From Sulfolobales archaeon (GTDB lineage Archaea; Thermoproteota; Thermoprotei_A; Sulfolobales; NBVN01), in assembly GCA_038844925.1 (NCBI GenBank), contig JAWBQY010000001.1, positions 152,629-216,628 of the forward strand: DNA of 64,000 nt. Reading direction: 5' to 3'. A program made the translations under genes and the position numbers. Under the pieces are notes generated by a model. That model was given only the letters and a program-made list of their open reading frames with translations, was not told the DNA's origin and made no database searches. Below, one piece after another: positions 20,554 through 30,109 of the stretch (position 1 is its first letter; each line of letters opens with the position of its first letter).

Positions 20554-21258
20554 TTAAGTATGTTGGACTACCTTCTCACTGACTATCATCCCATCTCTAA
20601 TGAATAAGATTTTCCTAGCTATAGACGCTACATTTATATCATGTGTTACTATTATTATCGTATGTCCTAATGCGTTGAGTTTTTTGAGGATGTCAAGTAC
20701 TACTTCAGCCGACTTACTGTCTAAAGCTCCTGTAGGTTCATCACACAGTATTATCTCTGGATTAGTTACTAATGCCCTAGCAATAGCAACTCTCTGCTGT
20801 TGCCCCCCACTTAACTGAATAGGTCTCTTATTCAGCCATGAGAGTTCACAACCTACTTTAAGTAATGCTTCTTCAACTAGTTTTCTCCGCTCATTACGTG
20901 GTAAGCCTAACTTAATTAACGGTAGTTCAACATTCTCACCAACAGTCATCCTGTTAATCAAGTTATACTGCTGAAATACGAATCCTATCTTCCTATTTCT
21001 CAACTTGGATAACTCCTCATCGCTTAGCGTCGTTGTATCCTCACCATCTATGAATACCTTACCAGACGTAGGTCTTTCTAAAGTCCCTATCACGTAGAGT
21101 AGTGTTGACTTACCATGTCCTGAAGGACCCATAATTGAGATGAGCTCACCTTTACGTACTGATAGGTTAATGTCCCTAAGAGCCCACGTCTTCACACCGC
21201 CAGCACTTACATACACCTTACTAACGTTGACTAGTCTTATTACTTCAGCACTCATCAC
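20554..21258 (-). CDS. ABC transporter ATP-binding protein (MacB/LolD-like)
   Basis: 234 aa with Walker A GPSGHGKST, signature LSGGQQQRVAIARAL and Walker B ILCDEPTGALD. Confidence 0.9.
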   Translation of the reverse strand: MMSAEVIRLVNVSKVYVSAGGVKTWALRDINLSVRKGELISIMGPSGHGKSTLLYVIGTLERPTSGKVFIDGEDTTTLSDEELSKLRNRKIGFVFQQYNLINRMTVGENVELPLIKLGLPRNERRKLVEEALLKVGCELSWLNKRPIQLSGGQQQRVAIARALVTNPEIILCDEPTGALDSKSAEVVLDILKKLNALGHTIIIVTHDINVASIARKILFIRDGMIVSEKVVQHT

Positions 21259-21433
21259 AGTTTAACCATAAGAATTACTTACGAGAGAACGAATTAAAGC
21301 ATTAACTTTAGATGGGTTCTCCCGCTCTAAGGGATTGGGTCCCCCTTTAAAACCGAGAAATATTAAACTAACACCGCCAATCAATCACGATATAGTTAGC
21401 GCTTTTATAGCCGTATGGTGGAGTCCACACTAT

Positions 21434-21724
21434 TTATTCAGTGCTTTCTCCGCCACCCTCCTCCTCATGCATTAAGTCGAGGAAGACTTCGTAGTACTCT
21501 TCCTTCTCTTGCTCAAACTCTTCCTTAGACCTTATCCTCCTACCTCCCTCACTTACTATAGATGTAGTCTTAACTTTTACGTCCTTCGCGACGGACCTAG
21601 ATACCTTATATCCCTCATCAGTTTTTAAAGACTCCTCATAACCACATCGAGGACACTTTAAGACTTCCTTAGATGCCTCCCTCTTAGGAAGCATCAAGGC
21701 ACCGCATCTAGGACAGAATTTCAT
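21434..21724 (-). CDS. TFS/RpoM N-terminal zinc-ribbon paralogue lacking the catalytic C-terminal ribbon
   Basis: 96 aa. MKFCPRCGALMLPKREASKEVLKCPRCGYEE aligns with the TFS N-terminus in this window (FCPKCGALLVPQ...LACTKCGFKKE). The C-terminus is an acidic tail (HEEEGGGESTE) with no second CxxC pair. Confidence 0.55.
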   Translation of the reverse strand: MKFCPRCGALMLPKREASKEVLKCPRCGYEESLKTDEGYKVSRSVAKDVKVKTTSIVSEGGRRIRSKEEFEQEKEEYYEVFLDLMHEEEGGGESTE

Positions 21725-21829
21725 TACCAGCCCACGTTTTACGGTGTTCTACTTCGGGGTTAATAAACCTTAGCTTATACTATTATATTTAAAAAATTTA
21801 AATAAGCTCAGCCTCTGGTGCCTAAATCA

Positions 21830-22117
21830 CTACTCTAAATCATATGTAATACCACTCATCACAGCCCTACTTTTCACTTCACTAAACCAATTTTTATCTC
21901 TATAATTTACGAAGACTAAGTAAATCCTACTGAGCCTTGAGTATTCGTAACATTCTGTAACTACTTCAGTACCATCATTTAACTTACCGATAATTTTAGA
22001 TAGCCTAGTATTGCTGGGTGATTCGCAATCAATAATTTCTAAATGCTGTATAAAACCGTTGAGTATTAAACCCTCTAAGTCAAGTAATGCTACGGGCTTC
22101 ATATCACACCTTCCCAC
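21830..22117 (-). CDS. Hypothetical protein
   Basis: 95-aa ORF in an otherwise empty gap. No family recognised. Confidence 0.3.
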   Translation of the reverse strand: MGRCDMKPVALLDLEGLILNGFIQHLEIIDCESPSNTRLSKIIGKLNDGTEVVTECYEYSRLSRIYLVFVNYRDKNWFSEVKSRAVMSGITYDLE

Positions 22118-22191
22118 GTAGAGAAGTATTCCTGGCTTAAATATTTTTTATCCTCCCGTAACGTCTTGATGTACTGGTAGGTGTTAAACTA

Positions 22192-23706
22192 TTGAGGATA
22201 TTAGTAATAACTAGCTCATCCGCCTATGAAATAGCGAAAGATGTTGTTAGCCGTATTAAAGACCATGAAGTAGTGGTGTATAAGTTAAACCATCCAGTCG
22301 CATCGTTAATGACTACTTCATACATTGCTAGAGAACTTTCTGGGAAGGTTAAGGAGAAATATGACTACGTAATAGTACCAGGACTTGCGATAGGTGATGC
22401 CTCAATATTAAAAGAAGTCGTTAACACTGAAGTCGTTAAGGGACCTAAATACTTAGGAGACCTTCCAGACATGATAAAATTTCTTGAGTTAGGAGTTAAG
22501 TTCTCCACTAAGTTAGCTGCAGACGATATTATTAAAGATTACTTAGCAGTTAAGTATGCCTCCGAGCTTACAAATATTATCGAACCTAAATACAGCTTCG
22601 AAGTCAGAGGCGTTAAAATACCTCTAAGACCTCCACCACTAATTCTCTTCTACGAAGTTACGGTTAAAGAAGCTAACGATTACTCAACAATTTTAAAACG
22701 TATTAAGAAGGCCTCCGACTTAGGTGTTGATGCTATAATCATCGGATTACCTGTAAATCGTAAGGTCCCAGAAGGCGTGTTACGCGACCTATTTAATGAG
22801 GTTAGATCTGAGGTACGTATACCTGTAGGGATAGACGTACAGGTATGTGAGCTACGTAATTACCTAAGCGTGGACCCCGATATAATAATGAATGTAGATT
22901 TAAGCAGTATTAACTTATTGAAGGACTATAAGGATAGGGTAGTGGTACTAATACCAAATACTACGACATCTTTAAGCGATATCAGTAAATCGTTGAAGGA
23001 GGCTATTAATGAAGCCGTTAGGATAGGTTTTTCTAAAATAATAGTAGATGTATTACTTAAACCACTGCAGTTAGGCTTCGTAGAGAGTTTAGTAAACTAC
23101 TACTACATATCTAAGGAGTTGGACTACCCTTTAATGATGGGGCTTTCAAACGTTTACGAGTTATTAGATGCTGATACGCATTCCGTTATAGCATTACTAA
23201 CCTCTACTGCTATGGAGTTAGGTGTAAGTGTATTATTAGTCACAGAGGAAAGTAGGAAGAGCTTAAATTCTGTGAAGGAGGCTGTCAAGGCACGTGAAAT
23301 GGTTCATAGAGCCTATGTGAGAAAGTCCCCTCCGATAGATGTCGGCGTTGACCTCCTAATAGTTAAGGAGAAGAGGCGTAAGGCTGTTGAGGTCCCTGAG
23401 ATCAGTGCTGAGACTTCCCTAGTAGTTGAGGAGTTCCCACCGAAGGTCGAAGACCCATACTACTTTAAGATATACGTCGATGAGGTCAGTAGGAACATCA
23501 TAGTAGATGTGTATAGCGCTAATAGCGAAGTATGTATTAAGAGGTACTCAGGCTCTAACCCACTATCACTCTGTAGAATGATCTCAAAGGACTTCCCGAC
23601 ACTCTCTAAAGACCACTATTCATATCTAGGATATGAATTATGTAAGGCTGAGATAGCTTTAAAATTAGGTAAGAGTTACGTACAAGACGATATACTGTTT
23701 AGCTAA
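22192..23706 (+). CDS. Dihydropteroate synthase-like (pterin-binding) protein with a DUF4346-like C-terminal domain
   Basis: 504 aa. The architecture and the C-terminal ...HYSYLGYELCKAEIALKLGKSYVQDD resemble the archaeal MJ0107-type family as I recall it. Not verified. Confidence 0.45.
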   Translation: MRILVITSSSAYEIAKDVVSRIKDHEVVVYKLNHPVASLMTTSYIARELSGKVKEKYDYVIVPGLAIGDASILKEVVNTEVVKGPKYLGDLPDMIKFLELGVKFSTKLAADDIIKDYLAVKYASELTNIIEPKYSFEVRGVKIPLRPPPLILFYEVTVKEANDYSTILKRIKKASDLGVDAIIIGLPVNRKVPEGVLRDLFNEVRSEVRIPVGIDVQVCELRNYLSVDPDIIMNVDLSSINLLKDYKDRVVVLIPNTTTSLSDISKSLKEAINEAVRIGFSKIIVDVLLKPLQLGFVESLVNYYYISKELDYPLMMGLSNVYELLDADTHSVIALLTSTAMELGVSVLLVTEESRKSLNSVKEAVKAREMVHRAYVRKSPPIDVGVDLLIVKEKRRKAVEVPEISAETSLVVEEFPPKVEDPYYFKIYVDEVSRNIIVDVYSANSEVCIKRYSGSNPLSLCRMISKDFPTLSKDHYSYLGYELCKAEIALKLGKSYVQDDILFS

Positions 23707-23743
23707 TGTATAGAAAAGGATTTAAGTATTGATTCAATAAGTA

Positions 23744-23974
23744 ATGGTAGGTGATTTGATGGTCATTACTAGTAGGGAGGTAGTTGTCCGTAAGGTGGTA
23801 GGAAGGAAAACCGTTAAGGATAAAATCTATACCTACACCTACTACACGCTACCCTTAAACCTCTACATTCCTAAGAGCGTTGTAGATAAGTACGGTATGG
23901 AATTCATAGTTGAGAAGGACATTGAGAAAGGTGTGATAACTATAAAACCTAAGAAACAGACAGCAACTACATAA
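23744..23974 (+). CDS. Small hypothetical protein, possibly AbrB/SpoVT-like
   Basis: About 70 aa. LNLYIPKSVVDKYGMEFIVEKDIEKGVITIKP resembles the swapped-hairpin pattern. The start is uncertain (internal ATG at codon 6). Confidence 0.35.
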   Translation: MVGDLMVITSREVVVRKVVGRKTVKDKIYTYTYYTLPLNLYIPKSVVDKYGMEFIVEKDIEKGVITIKPKKQTATT

Positions 23975-23984
23975 ACTCCTGAGG

Positions 23985-24365
23985 TTGTCCACGCTAGTGG
24001 TTACTACAATATTAGTATCTCGTAATGGTGAGGTAAGAAAGGCTGAAAATACTTATGAAGTCCTTAACGATGTACTTACCGCGTTACTTCAGTTAGTCCC
24101 TCCAGGAAATGTGACCACTTATAAAGCACTGGCTAGGGTGTTAGGCATCCACCCAAGATATGTTGGAATCCTAATTAAGAAGAATCCTAAGCCTATAGTA
24201 GTACCATGTCATAGGGTTGTTAGAAGTGATGGTAGGTTAGGAGGCTATACGCTAAATGGTCGGAAGGACATACACTTTAAAGAGAAACTCCTAATTACTG
24301 AGGGGGTAGTGATGAGAGATGGTAGAGTAATTAAAGATTTTATTATTGATAACTTAATTACTTAA
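23985..24365 (+). CDS. ogt: Methylated-DNA-protein-cysteine methyltransferase (MGMT/Ogt family, short form)
   Basis: 126 aa with the active-site motif VPCHRVV and TYKALARVLG. It lacks a long N-terminal domain. Confidence 0.75.
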   Translation: MSTLVVTTILVSRNGEVRKAENTYEVLNDVLTALLQLVPPGNVTTYKALARVLGIHPRYVGILIKKNPKPIVVPCHRVVRSDGRLGGYTLNGRKDIHFKEKLLITEGVVMRDGRVIKDFIIDNLIT

Positions 24366-24369
24366 TAGT

Positions 24370-25503
24370 ATGTTCAGATTTAATTTAAGGTTGTTAAGAC
24401 CTGACGCTATAGGCGTGTGGAGCGGTAGGGTCTTAGAGAGGCTTAAATGGTATCATGACGTGATGGTTGGTAAGAAACCGGCTAAGTTCTTAATATGTAA
24501 GAAGGTAGGCTTAGACGATGTTAGCTTGGATGGGTATACGTTTGATGAACTCTTAAACTTACATAAAGAGCTGGCGGGGAGGTTCAATAAGTTATTTAAT
24601 GATATTAAGGATGAGAAGTTAGCGTTAGAGGAATTCAAAAAGTTAGAGAATCCTAAAACTACTTACTTAGACGTTAAGGTAGAATTAATTAAGAATGTCG
24701 TACGTAGTTGCTACCTATGTGAATGGCATTGTGGTGTTAATAGGTATACCTCTAGAGGTGTGATGTGTAGGTTAGGTTTGGAAACATATGTAAGTAGTTA
24801 CTTCCTACACATAGGTGAGGAAGCACCGCTGATACCGAGTGGGACCATATTCTACGGGAGCTGTAACTTTAGATGCGTATTCTGCCAGAACTATGAAATA
24901 TCTCAACTAAGACCGTATGATGGTATTAAGGTAAGTCCTAGGGAACTCGCATTAATTCAGAAACACCTGTATAATGAGGGAGCTATAAATATAAACCACG
25001 TAGGTGGGGAGCCAACACCAAACCTACTTACAATACTTGAATCGCTTAAATACCTTGAGGTAAACGTACCCCAATTATGGAATAGCAATATGTACCTCTC
25101 AACACATGCCCTAACAATATTACTAGACGTCATAGATATATGGTTACCTGACTTTAAATACGGTAATAACTCATGTGGTCAGAGATTATCGAAGGTTAAG
25201 GACTACTTCGACGTAGTAAGTAGGAACCACGCAGTAATATGCTCTAACGGCGACCCAATAATAATTAGGCATTTAGTACTACCCAATCACATAGAATGCT
25301 GTACAAAGCCCGTACTTGAGTGGATAGCTAAGAACTGTAGCAACTCTTTAGTAAACATAATGGCTCAGTATAGGCCGGAGTACCTCGTAGTAACACATAG
25401 CGACGAATATAGAGATATAGCTAGAGTACCTACTACTGCTGAGATGAGGGAAGCATACGAATATGCAAGAAAGTTAGGCATAGCCTTCGAAGAAGTGTCA
25501 TAA
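24370..25503 (+). CDS. Radical SAM protein (PflA/PflX-like activase family)
   Basis: 377 aa with the CNFRCVFCQN (CxxxCxxC) motif and an additional upstream Cys cluster CYLCEWHC. Confidence 0.75.
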   Translation: MFRFNLRLLRPDAIGVWSGRVLERLKWYHDVMVGKKPAKFLICKKVGLDDVSLDGYTFDELLNLHKELAGRFNKLFNDIKDEKLALEEFKKLENPKTTYLDVKVELIKNVVRSCYLCEWHCGVNRYTSRGVMCRLGLETYVSSYFLHIGEEAPLIPSGTIFYGSCNFRCVFCQNYEISQLRPYDGIKVSPRELALIQKHLYNEGAININHVGGEPTPNLLTILESLKYLEVNVPQLWNSNMYLSTHALTILLDVIDIWLPDFKYGNNSCGQRLSKVKDYFDVVSRNHAVICSNGDPIIIRHLVLPNHIECCTKPVLEWIAKNCSNSLVNIMAQYRPEYLVVTHSDEYRDIARVPTTAEMREAYEYARKLGIAFEEVS

Positions 25504-25565
25504 ACGTATTATAAAGTGATTTTCATAATTAACCCCTTCCTAAGAACCTCCAGGTACACTTAGTA

Positions 25566-25611
25566 GGGGTTCAGCTCTGATATAGGTTTATATTGGTTGG
25601 TTTCATTGCCT
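25566..25611. repeat. Copy 2 of the perfect 46-bp direct repeat
   Basis: It is identical to 11603-11648. It is followed at 25701-25756 by an imperfect inverted match sharing GGGGTTC/GAACCCC ends. Confidence 0.95.
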
Positions 25612-25961
25612 CATTTTGTTCCCCTGCATTCCGCTCGGCTATTATTACATCCCGAATGGATGGAGAGCAAATGACGTGAACGCCTATGAGAAATATTCGA
25701 GGCTAATGAAATCAAGGATTAATACCAATATATCAACCACCATGAAACCGAACCCCCTACGACCTTACCTACATCTATAGCGTTCTTAGCATCGTTATTG
25801 TTCAGAACAAGACATCCAAAGTAAATATTTAAACTAAGTACTATACATGCTTAAATAATTAAAACGAATCTTAATAACCATACGAGGATGTGAGACCATT
25901 ATCTTAAACAAAACAAATAAGACAATAAGCTTTAATCTAGAACAATTACTTATTTTAGTGG

Positions 25962-26062
25962 GCGGGGGTGCCCGAGCTAGGTCAAAGGGGTCGGGCTCAG
26001 GACCTTGAGGGGGAGAGCCCCGATGGTGTAGACCTGCGTGGGTTCGAATCCCACCCCCCGCA
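25962..26062 (+). tRNA. tRNA-Leu (anticodon CAG) with a 16-nt intron at 37/38 (26002-26017)
   Basis: Hand fold: acceptor GCGGGGG/CCCCCGC, anticodon stem TCGGG/CCCGA, loop CTCAGG[intron ACCTTGAGGGGGAGAG]C, long variable arm, T arm GTGGG-TTCGAAT-CCCAC. The intron segment CCTTGAG pairs with the anticodon region. No CCA is encoded. Confidence 0.85.
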
Positions 26063-26214
26063 CTAATTGCTAGTTAATTAGTACCTGAGGAAGTTATTTT
26101 AAACTTCATAAATGTTTAATAATGACATATTAAACAGCATCAAATGTTATGAAGTCTGAATTACAGAAAACCTGTTCTAAGCTAGGGCTGTCCTATATCT
26201 GTTCTGCGATTGTC

Positions 26215-26922
26215 TTAACTAAGATGATTACTCATGACATTTAATATGTTTAACATTCTCCTAGCATTTTCAAGCATATCATGATTATTGTTGAAGAATA
26301 TGAAGACCTTTTCAGGGTTTGTAGCTAGGACCTTCCCTACTACTTCTTTAAGTTCCTCATCTGTGTAGTAATGTGAGTACCATGAATTACGTCCATGCAT
26401 TCTAATATATACGGTACCGTTCGTATTAATAATATCTCTTGGAAAGTCGGGCGAGTCTACACTCACCCACGTTATTCCGAGTTGGGAAGCCCACTTAATG
26501 TAATTAATATCAAACCACTTTAGATTTCTCACCTCTAGTGCAAACCTTCCACCGAGTTCCGACCTAATTATGAATCTTTCTATCAATGTTTTAGATTTAG
26601 GAGTTATTGATGGTGGAAGTTGGAATAGGTAGAAACTGATATAGGGATCTAATGGTTCGAAGAGTTCTCGAAACCTCCTCCAGACATTGAAAGCCTTCTC
26701 ACTAAGTTTGAAATTATGGGTTATTAACCTACTCACCTTTACAGACCACTTTAAAGACCTCCCCTTAAGAGCCCATGCCCTAACCATGTTAGGAAGTGGA
26801 TGACGGTAGAAACTCATATTTAATTCAACAGCGTTTAGACATGAATGCTGCACATACCAATCAAAACTTCTGCGAGGGTTCCAAGGATATAGCCAGCCAG
26901 ACGTACCGACAAAGTACTTCAT
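26215..26922 (-). CDS. DUF72 (YecE/UPF0759) family protein
   Basis: 235 aa. It has the N-terminal FVGTSGWLYPWNP and a C-terminal FIFFNNN pattern typical of DUF72. Confidence 0.7.
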   Translation of the reverse strand: MKYFVGTSGWLYPWNPRRSFDWYVQHSCLNAVELNMSFYRHPLPNMVRAWALKGRSLKWSVKVSRLITHNFKLSEKAFNVWRRFRELFEPLDPYISFYLFQLPPSITPKSKTLIERFIIRSELGGRFALEVRNLKWFDINYIKWASQLGITWVSVDSPDFPRDIINTNGTVYIRMHGRNSWYSHYYTDEELKEVVGKVLATNPEKVFIFFNNNHDMLENARRMLNILNVMSNHLS

Positions 26923-27167
26923 TAACGATCAGGTAGTTCTAAAACTCGAATATTTTATGCGTTGTCCAATAATATCATTTCAAATTGGTTAATTCTTAGT
27001 AATCCGTACTAAGCTCTTGTTGGAACCTATCCTACATGTAGGAAGTATGAAGTAGAGCTGTGCAGCCGAGAATTACCTGTAATGAAGGCTGGAATACGAG
27101 TAGTCAATACGGTTATGGACGCAGGTAAGACGTTATCAAATCCGTAATCCAAACTCAGTTGCGAAAA

Positions 27168-27431
27168 CTATCTAGAGATCGATATCTTAATATATGAAAC
27201 TCTCTTCCTATTATCGTAGTACTCACTACCTATTTCAATGCCTTCTAATCTGATAGAATCTCCCAACCTATCCTTAACTGCGTTGTAGACTGCTATGGCC
27301 TTACTTATATTCCCACCCTTTCCTTTAAGTACTACTTTCTTAACCCCCTGGTTGAAGAGTATGATTATTGAGAGGACGTAATCGCTTAGAGGTCTGCTGC
27401 CTACCGATACTGTACCTTCCTCACTACTCAA
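27168..27431 (-). CDS. albA: Chromatin protein Alba
   Basis: 87 aa. The sequence VVLKGKGGNISKAIAVYNAVKDRLGDSIRLEGIEIGSE fits the Alba fold consensus. Confidence 0.8.
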   Translation of the reverse strand: MSSEEGTVSVGSRPLSDYVLSIIILFNQGVKKVVLKGKGGNISKAIAVYNAVKDRLGDSIRLEGIEIGSEYYDNRKRVSYIKISISR

Positions 27432-27568
27432 TATTTAAACACCTTACTTAACTTGATTGGTGAAGTTTTAAACTTAATTCGTAGGTTACGTAGTGTAGGT
27501 GAAATTTAGGTAATAATGTTTTAACTTTCTTTAGATATAAGGAATTATGTGAGAAGTTGAGAGCATAG

Positions 27569-29215
27569 GTGGTCATGATAAACCCATATATTGTGAGGAC
27601 TAAGAAGTGGCTTGATGATGAGGAATTCAAGGAGGTTTTAAGTATTGCTGATTATTTAGGAAGGGATGGGGGGACGTCAAACTTCAGTATAAACTTAAGT
27701 AAGATCTTAAGGAAGGGTTACGAGGTCGACGACGTTATAGATATCTTAGAGAAACATGAATTCACGTACTCAAGCGAATTAGTGGATAGTCTAACAAAAC
27801 AACTCAGCAGGAAGGATACGATCGTAGTTAAACTCGAACTTAAGGACGGTGCTATAATTATGCTTCCTAATAGGTATTTAGGCGATATATATGAAAGGCT
27901 TAGGAATTACGTAGCATATGATAGGCGGGAGAGGACATTTAAGATAGTGCCATGCTACCTCTTCACAGTTATTAAGACTCTTACAGACCTAGGCGTTAAG
28001 GTAATCAACAATACAGGACTGCAGGAATCCCAACCACTACCACTTAAATTAGAGTTTAAGGGTCAGTTAAGAGACTACCAACAAGAAGCAATAAATAATT
28101 GGTATTCTAACTCCGGCCGAGGCATAATAGCATTACCAACAGGTTCTGGGAAGACGATTATAGGTGTGGCTGCCCTCACATCCTTAAATGAAAGGACTTT
28201 AGTAGTTGCGTATACTAAGGACCAACTCACTCAGTGGAGGGATTCCATATTAAAGTTTACAAACGCTCAGCCCTCGCTCATTGGGATGTACTACAGTGAG
28301 GAGAAGAAGATTGCACCAATAACTTTAACAACATATCAAACAGCTTTTAAATATATATCCGAGTTAATGCGGTATTTTACTTTCCTCCTAATTGATGAAG
28401 TACACCACCTACCGGCGGAGAAGTTCAAGCATATAGCGCTTAACTCAATCGCCCCATACCGGATGGGTCTTTCAGCAACCCCCTATAGGGAGGATGGTAA
28501 GCATGTAACGCTCTTCCCACTGATGGGTGGTGTAGTCTACTATAAGACCCCGGCAGAGCTGTCTGAGAAGGGCTTCCTAGCCCCCTACGAAGTAGTTACA
28601 GTTTACGTTAAGTTAACACCTGAGGAGAGGAAGAAATACTTAGAACTCGTTAAGAAGTACAGAGCCTTAGTCGGGAGTAGTAGGTTTGAAGATGTGTTAA
28701 ACGCGGCTAAGAATGGGAACCCTACAGCATTAGAAGCTCTTAAAATACATACATCGATCAAACTCTTAGTCCAGAAGTCTAAGAGTAAGGTAGATAAGGT
28801 CAGGGAGATCGTAGAATCCGAGTTAAGTAAGGGTAATAAGATCATAGTATTTGCACACTATGTAGAGCTAGCGGAGGAGATAGCCAAAGCTGTAGGAGGT
28901 CTCCTCCTCACAGGTGATATCGATAAGGGGAGGAGGGACCTAATTCTAAATAAGTTTAGACAGGTAAGAAGTGGTGTCTTAGTAGTCACTACAGTAGGAG
29001 ATGAAGGTCTAGACATACCGGACGCATCGGTCGGCATATTAGTTGCTGGTACGGGGTCTAGGAGGCAGTTCATACAACGCCTCGGCAGACTCCTAAGACC
29101 TAAGGAGGGGAAGAGGGCAGTACTCTACGAAGTTGTGGTGAGGGGCACTAGCGAGGAGCTCCAGTCAAAGAGACGTAAGACCACTGAATTAGATATCGAT
29201 AATCAGCAAGAGTAA
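27569..29215 (+). CDS. XPB/Rad25-type SF2 DNA helicase
   Basis: 548 aa. It has an N-terminal damage-recognition-like domain, then LRDYQQEA, ALPTGSGKT (Walker A), DEVHH and the C-terminal motif QRLGRLLR. Confidence 0.85.
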   Translation: MVMINPYIVRTKKWLDDEEFKEVLSIADYLGRDGGTSNFSINLSKILRKGYEVDDVIDILEKHEFTYSSELVDSLTKQLSRKDTIVVKLELKDGAIIMLPNRYLGDIYERLRNYVAYDRRERTFKIVPCYLFTVIKTLTDLGVKVINNTGLQESQPLPLKLEFKGQLRDYQQEAINNWYSNSGRGIIALPTGSGKTIIGVAALTSLNERTLVVAYTKDQLTQWRDSILKFTNAQPSLIGMYYSEEKKIAPITLTTYQTAFKYISELMRYFTFLLIDEVHHLPAEKFKHIALNSIAPYRMGLSATPYREDGKHVTLFPLMGGVVYYKTPAELSEKGFLAPYEVVTVYVKLTPEERKKYLELVKKYRALVGSSRFEDVLNAAKNGNPTALEALKIHTSIKLLVQKSKSKVDKVREIVESELSKGNKIIVFAHYVELAEEIAKAVGGLLLTGDIDKGRRDLILNKFRQVRSGVLVVTTVGDEGLDIPDASVGILVAGTGSRRQFIQRLGRLLRPKEGKRAVLYEVVVRGTSEELQSKRRKTTELDIDNQQE

Positions 29216-29988
29216 ATCAATGCACGTAGTAGGAGTTCATCTAATACGTCTAAACCACCGCAAAAAACTAATGAATTATTAGGCATTTCAATAACTAAGT
29301 AATTAGAGTTAACGTAGACTAACGGCCTACCATACGTTAGAACTCTTCTCACACCTCTAACATCAGCTATCAGACCTTGAAACTCCTTAAGTTCCACGCC
29401 GTAGACTACCGCATGATCTCTTAAGTAGTATTTAAGGTGCCCACTAACGTTAACCCTATTCAACCCACTAATCGACCTTAAATCAATCACATATCTTGAC
29501 TTAAGCATTAAGTCGTTAAAAGACTCTAGGCCTAAACACTCATCACATGAGATTAGGACGCATTCACGGGTATCCCTAGGTATCTCCCTAACATCCTTGA
29601 GCTTTACGACTTCTAAGCCGGCGTGCCGAAGAACTAAGGGAAGTCGGTCCGTAATTGCAAACACCCTATAAGATAACTCCTTACACTCAACCCACGAGTC
29701 CTCTAATACATCATAGACAGTAACATTCAAACTATTTAACTGATCAACTACATCGTCCAATTTTTTACGACTAATAAAGAAGGAGAGTGGCGGTATGATC
29801 ACAGCCCTCCTCACCTTATTAACCATCAATGTAATAGCTGAAGTCTTCAAACTAACTAAAGCTCTCACATACCCTCTATATTGATTCAGAAACCTTAGCA
29901 TGCTAGCTAACGTATCTAAACTATAATCTCTGAGAACTACCAACACATAATCACTACTTACTAAGCCCATAATCTCAACCCTATTCAT
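29203..29988 (-). CDS. Hypothetical protein
   Basis: 261-aa ORF convergent with XPB (13-nt overlap). No family recognised. Confidence 0.4.
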   Translation of the reverse strand: MNRVEIMGLVSSDYVLVVLRDYSLDTLASMLRFLNQYRGYVRALVSLKTSAITLMVNKVRRAVIIPPLSFFISRKKLDDVVDQLNSLNVTVYDVLEDSWVECKELSYRVFAITDRLPLVLRHAGLEVVKLKDVREIPRDTRECVLISCDECLGLESFNDLMLKSRYVIDLRSISGLNRVNVSGHLKYYLRDHAVVYGVELKEFQGLIADVRGVRRVLTYGRPLVYVNSNYLVIEMPNNSLVFCGGLDVLDELLLRALIYSC

Positions 29989-30109
29989 AAATCCCAGGCA
30001 TTATTATTTTTCTAAGTAATCTTACCTCCATCACTGCTTCCTACCTCCCTATCTGTAAGTCCCACATCTAAAACAAGATCAGGTTTTTAGCTTCTAAGCA
30101 CCTACTGTT

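Noticed and set aside
21318-21345. CTCCCGCTCTAAGGGATTGGG as a possible fourth, very diverged copy of the 46-bp repeat core downstream of the short TFS paralogue.
   Set aside because: Identity is only about two thirds by eye, and the hairpin is not clearly preserved. This is too weak to count without a covariance-model scan.
25566-25757. A ~190-nt region with GGGGTTC...GAACCCC termini as a structured RNA gene (SRP or RNase P-like) or a defined MITE.
   Set aside because: The arms match at only about half of their positions and the interior is AT-rich. Bona fide structural RNAs in this window (the tRNAs) are strongly GC-rich. No SRP or RNase P conserved motifs are recognisable. Only the 46-bp core is repeated elsewhere, so element ends cannot be defined.
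27548-27563. TGTGAGAAGTTGAGAG just upstream of the XPB start resembles the intN-tRNA junction sequence TGTGAGAAGTTGGAGAG.
   Set aside because: It is a match of about 16 nt with a gap and only weak flanking similarity. No tRNA-like sequence follows. It could be a further footprint, but chance cannot be excluded without a computed alignment.
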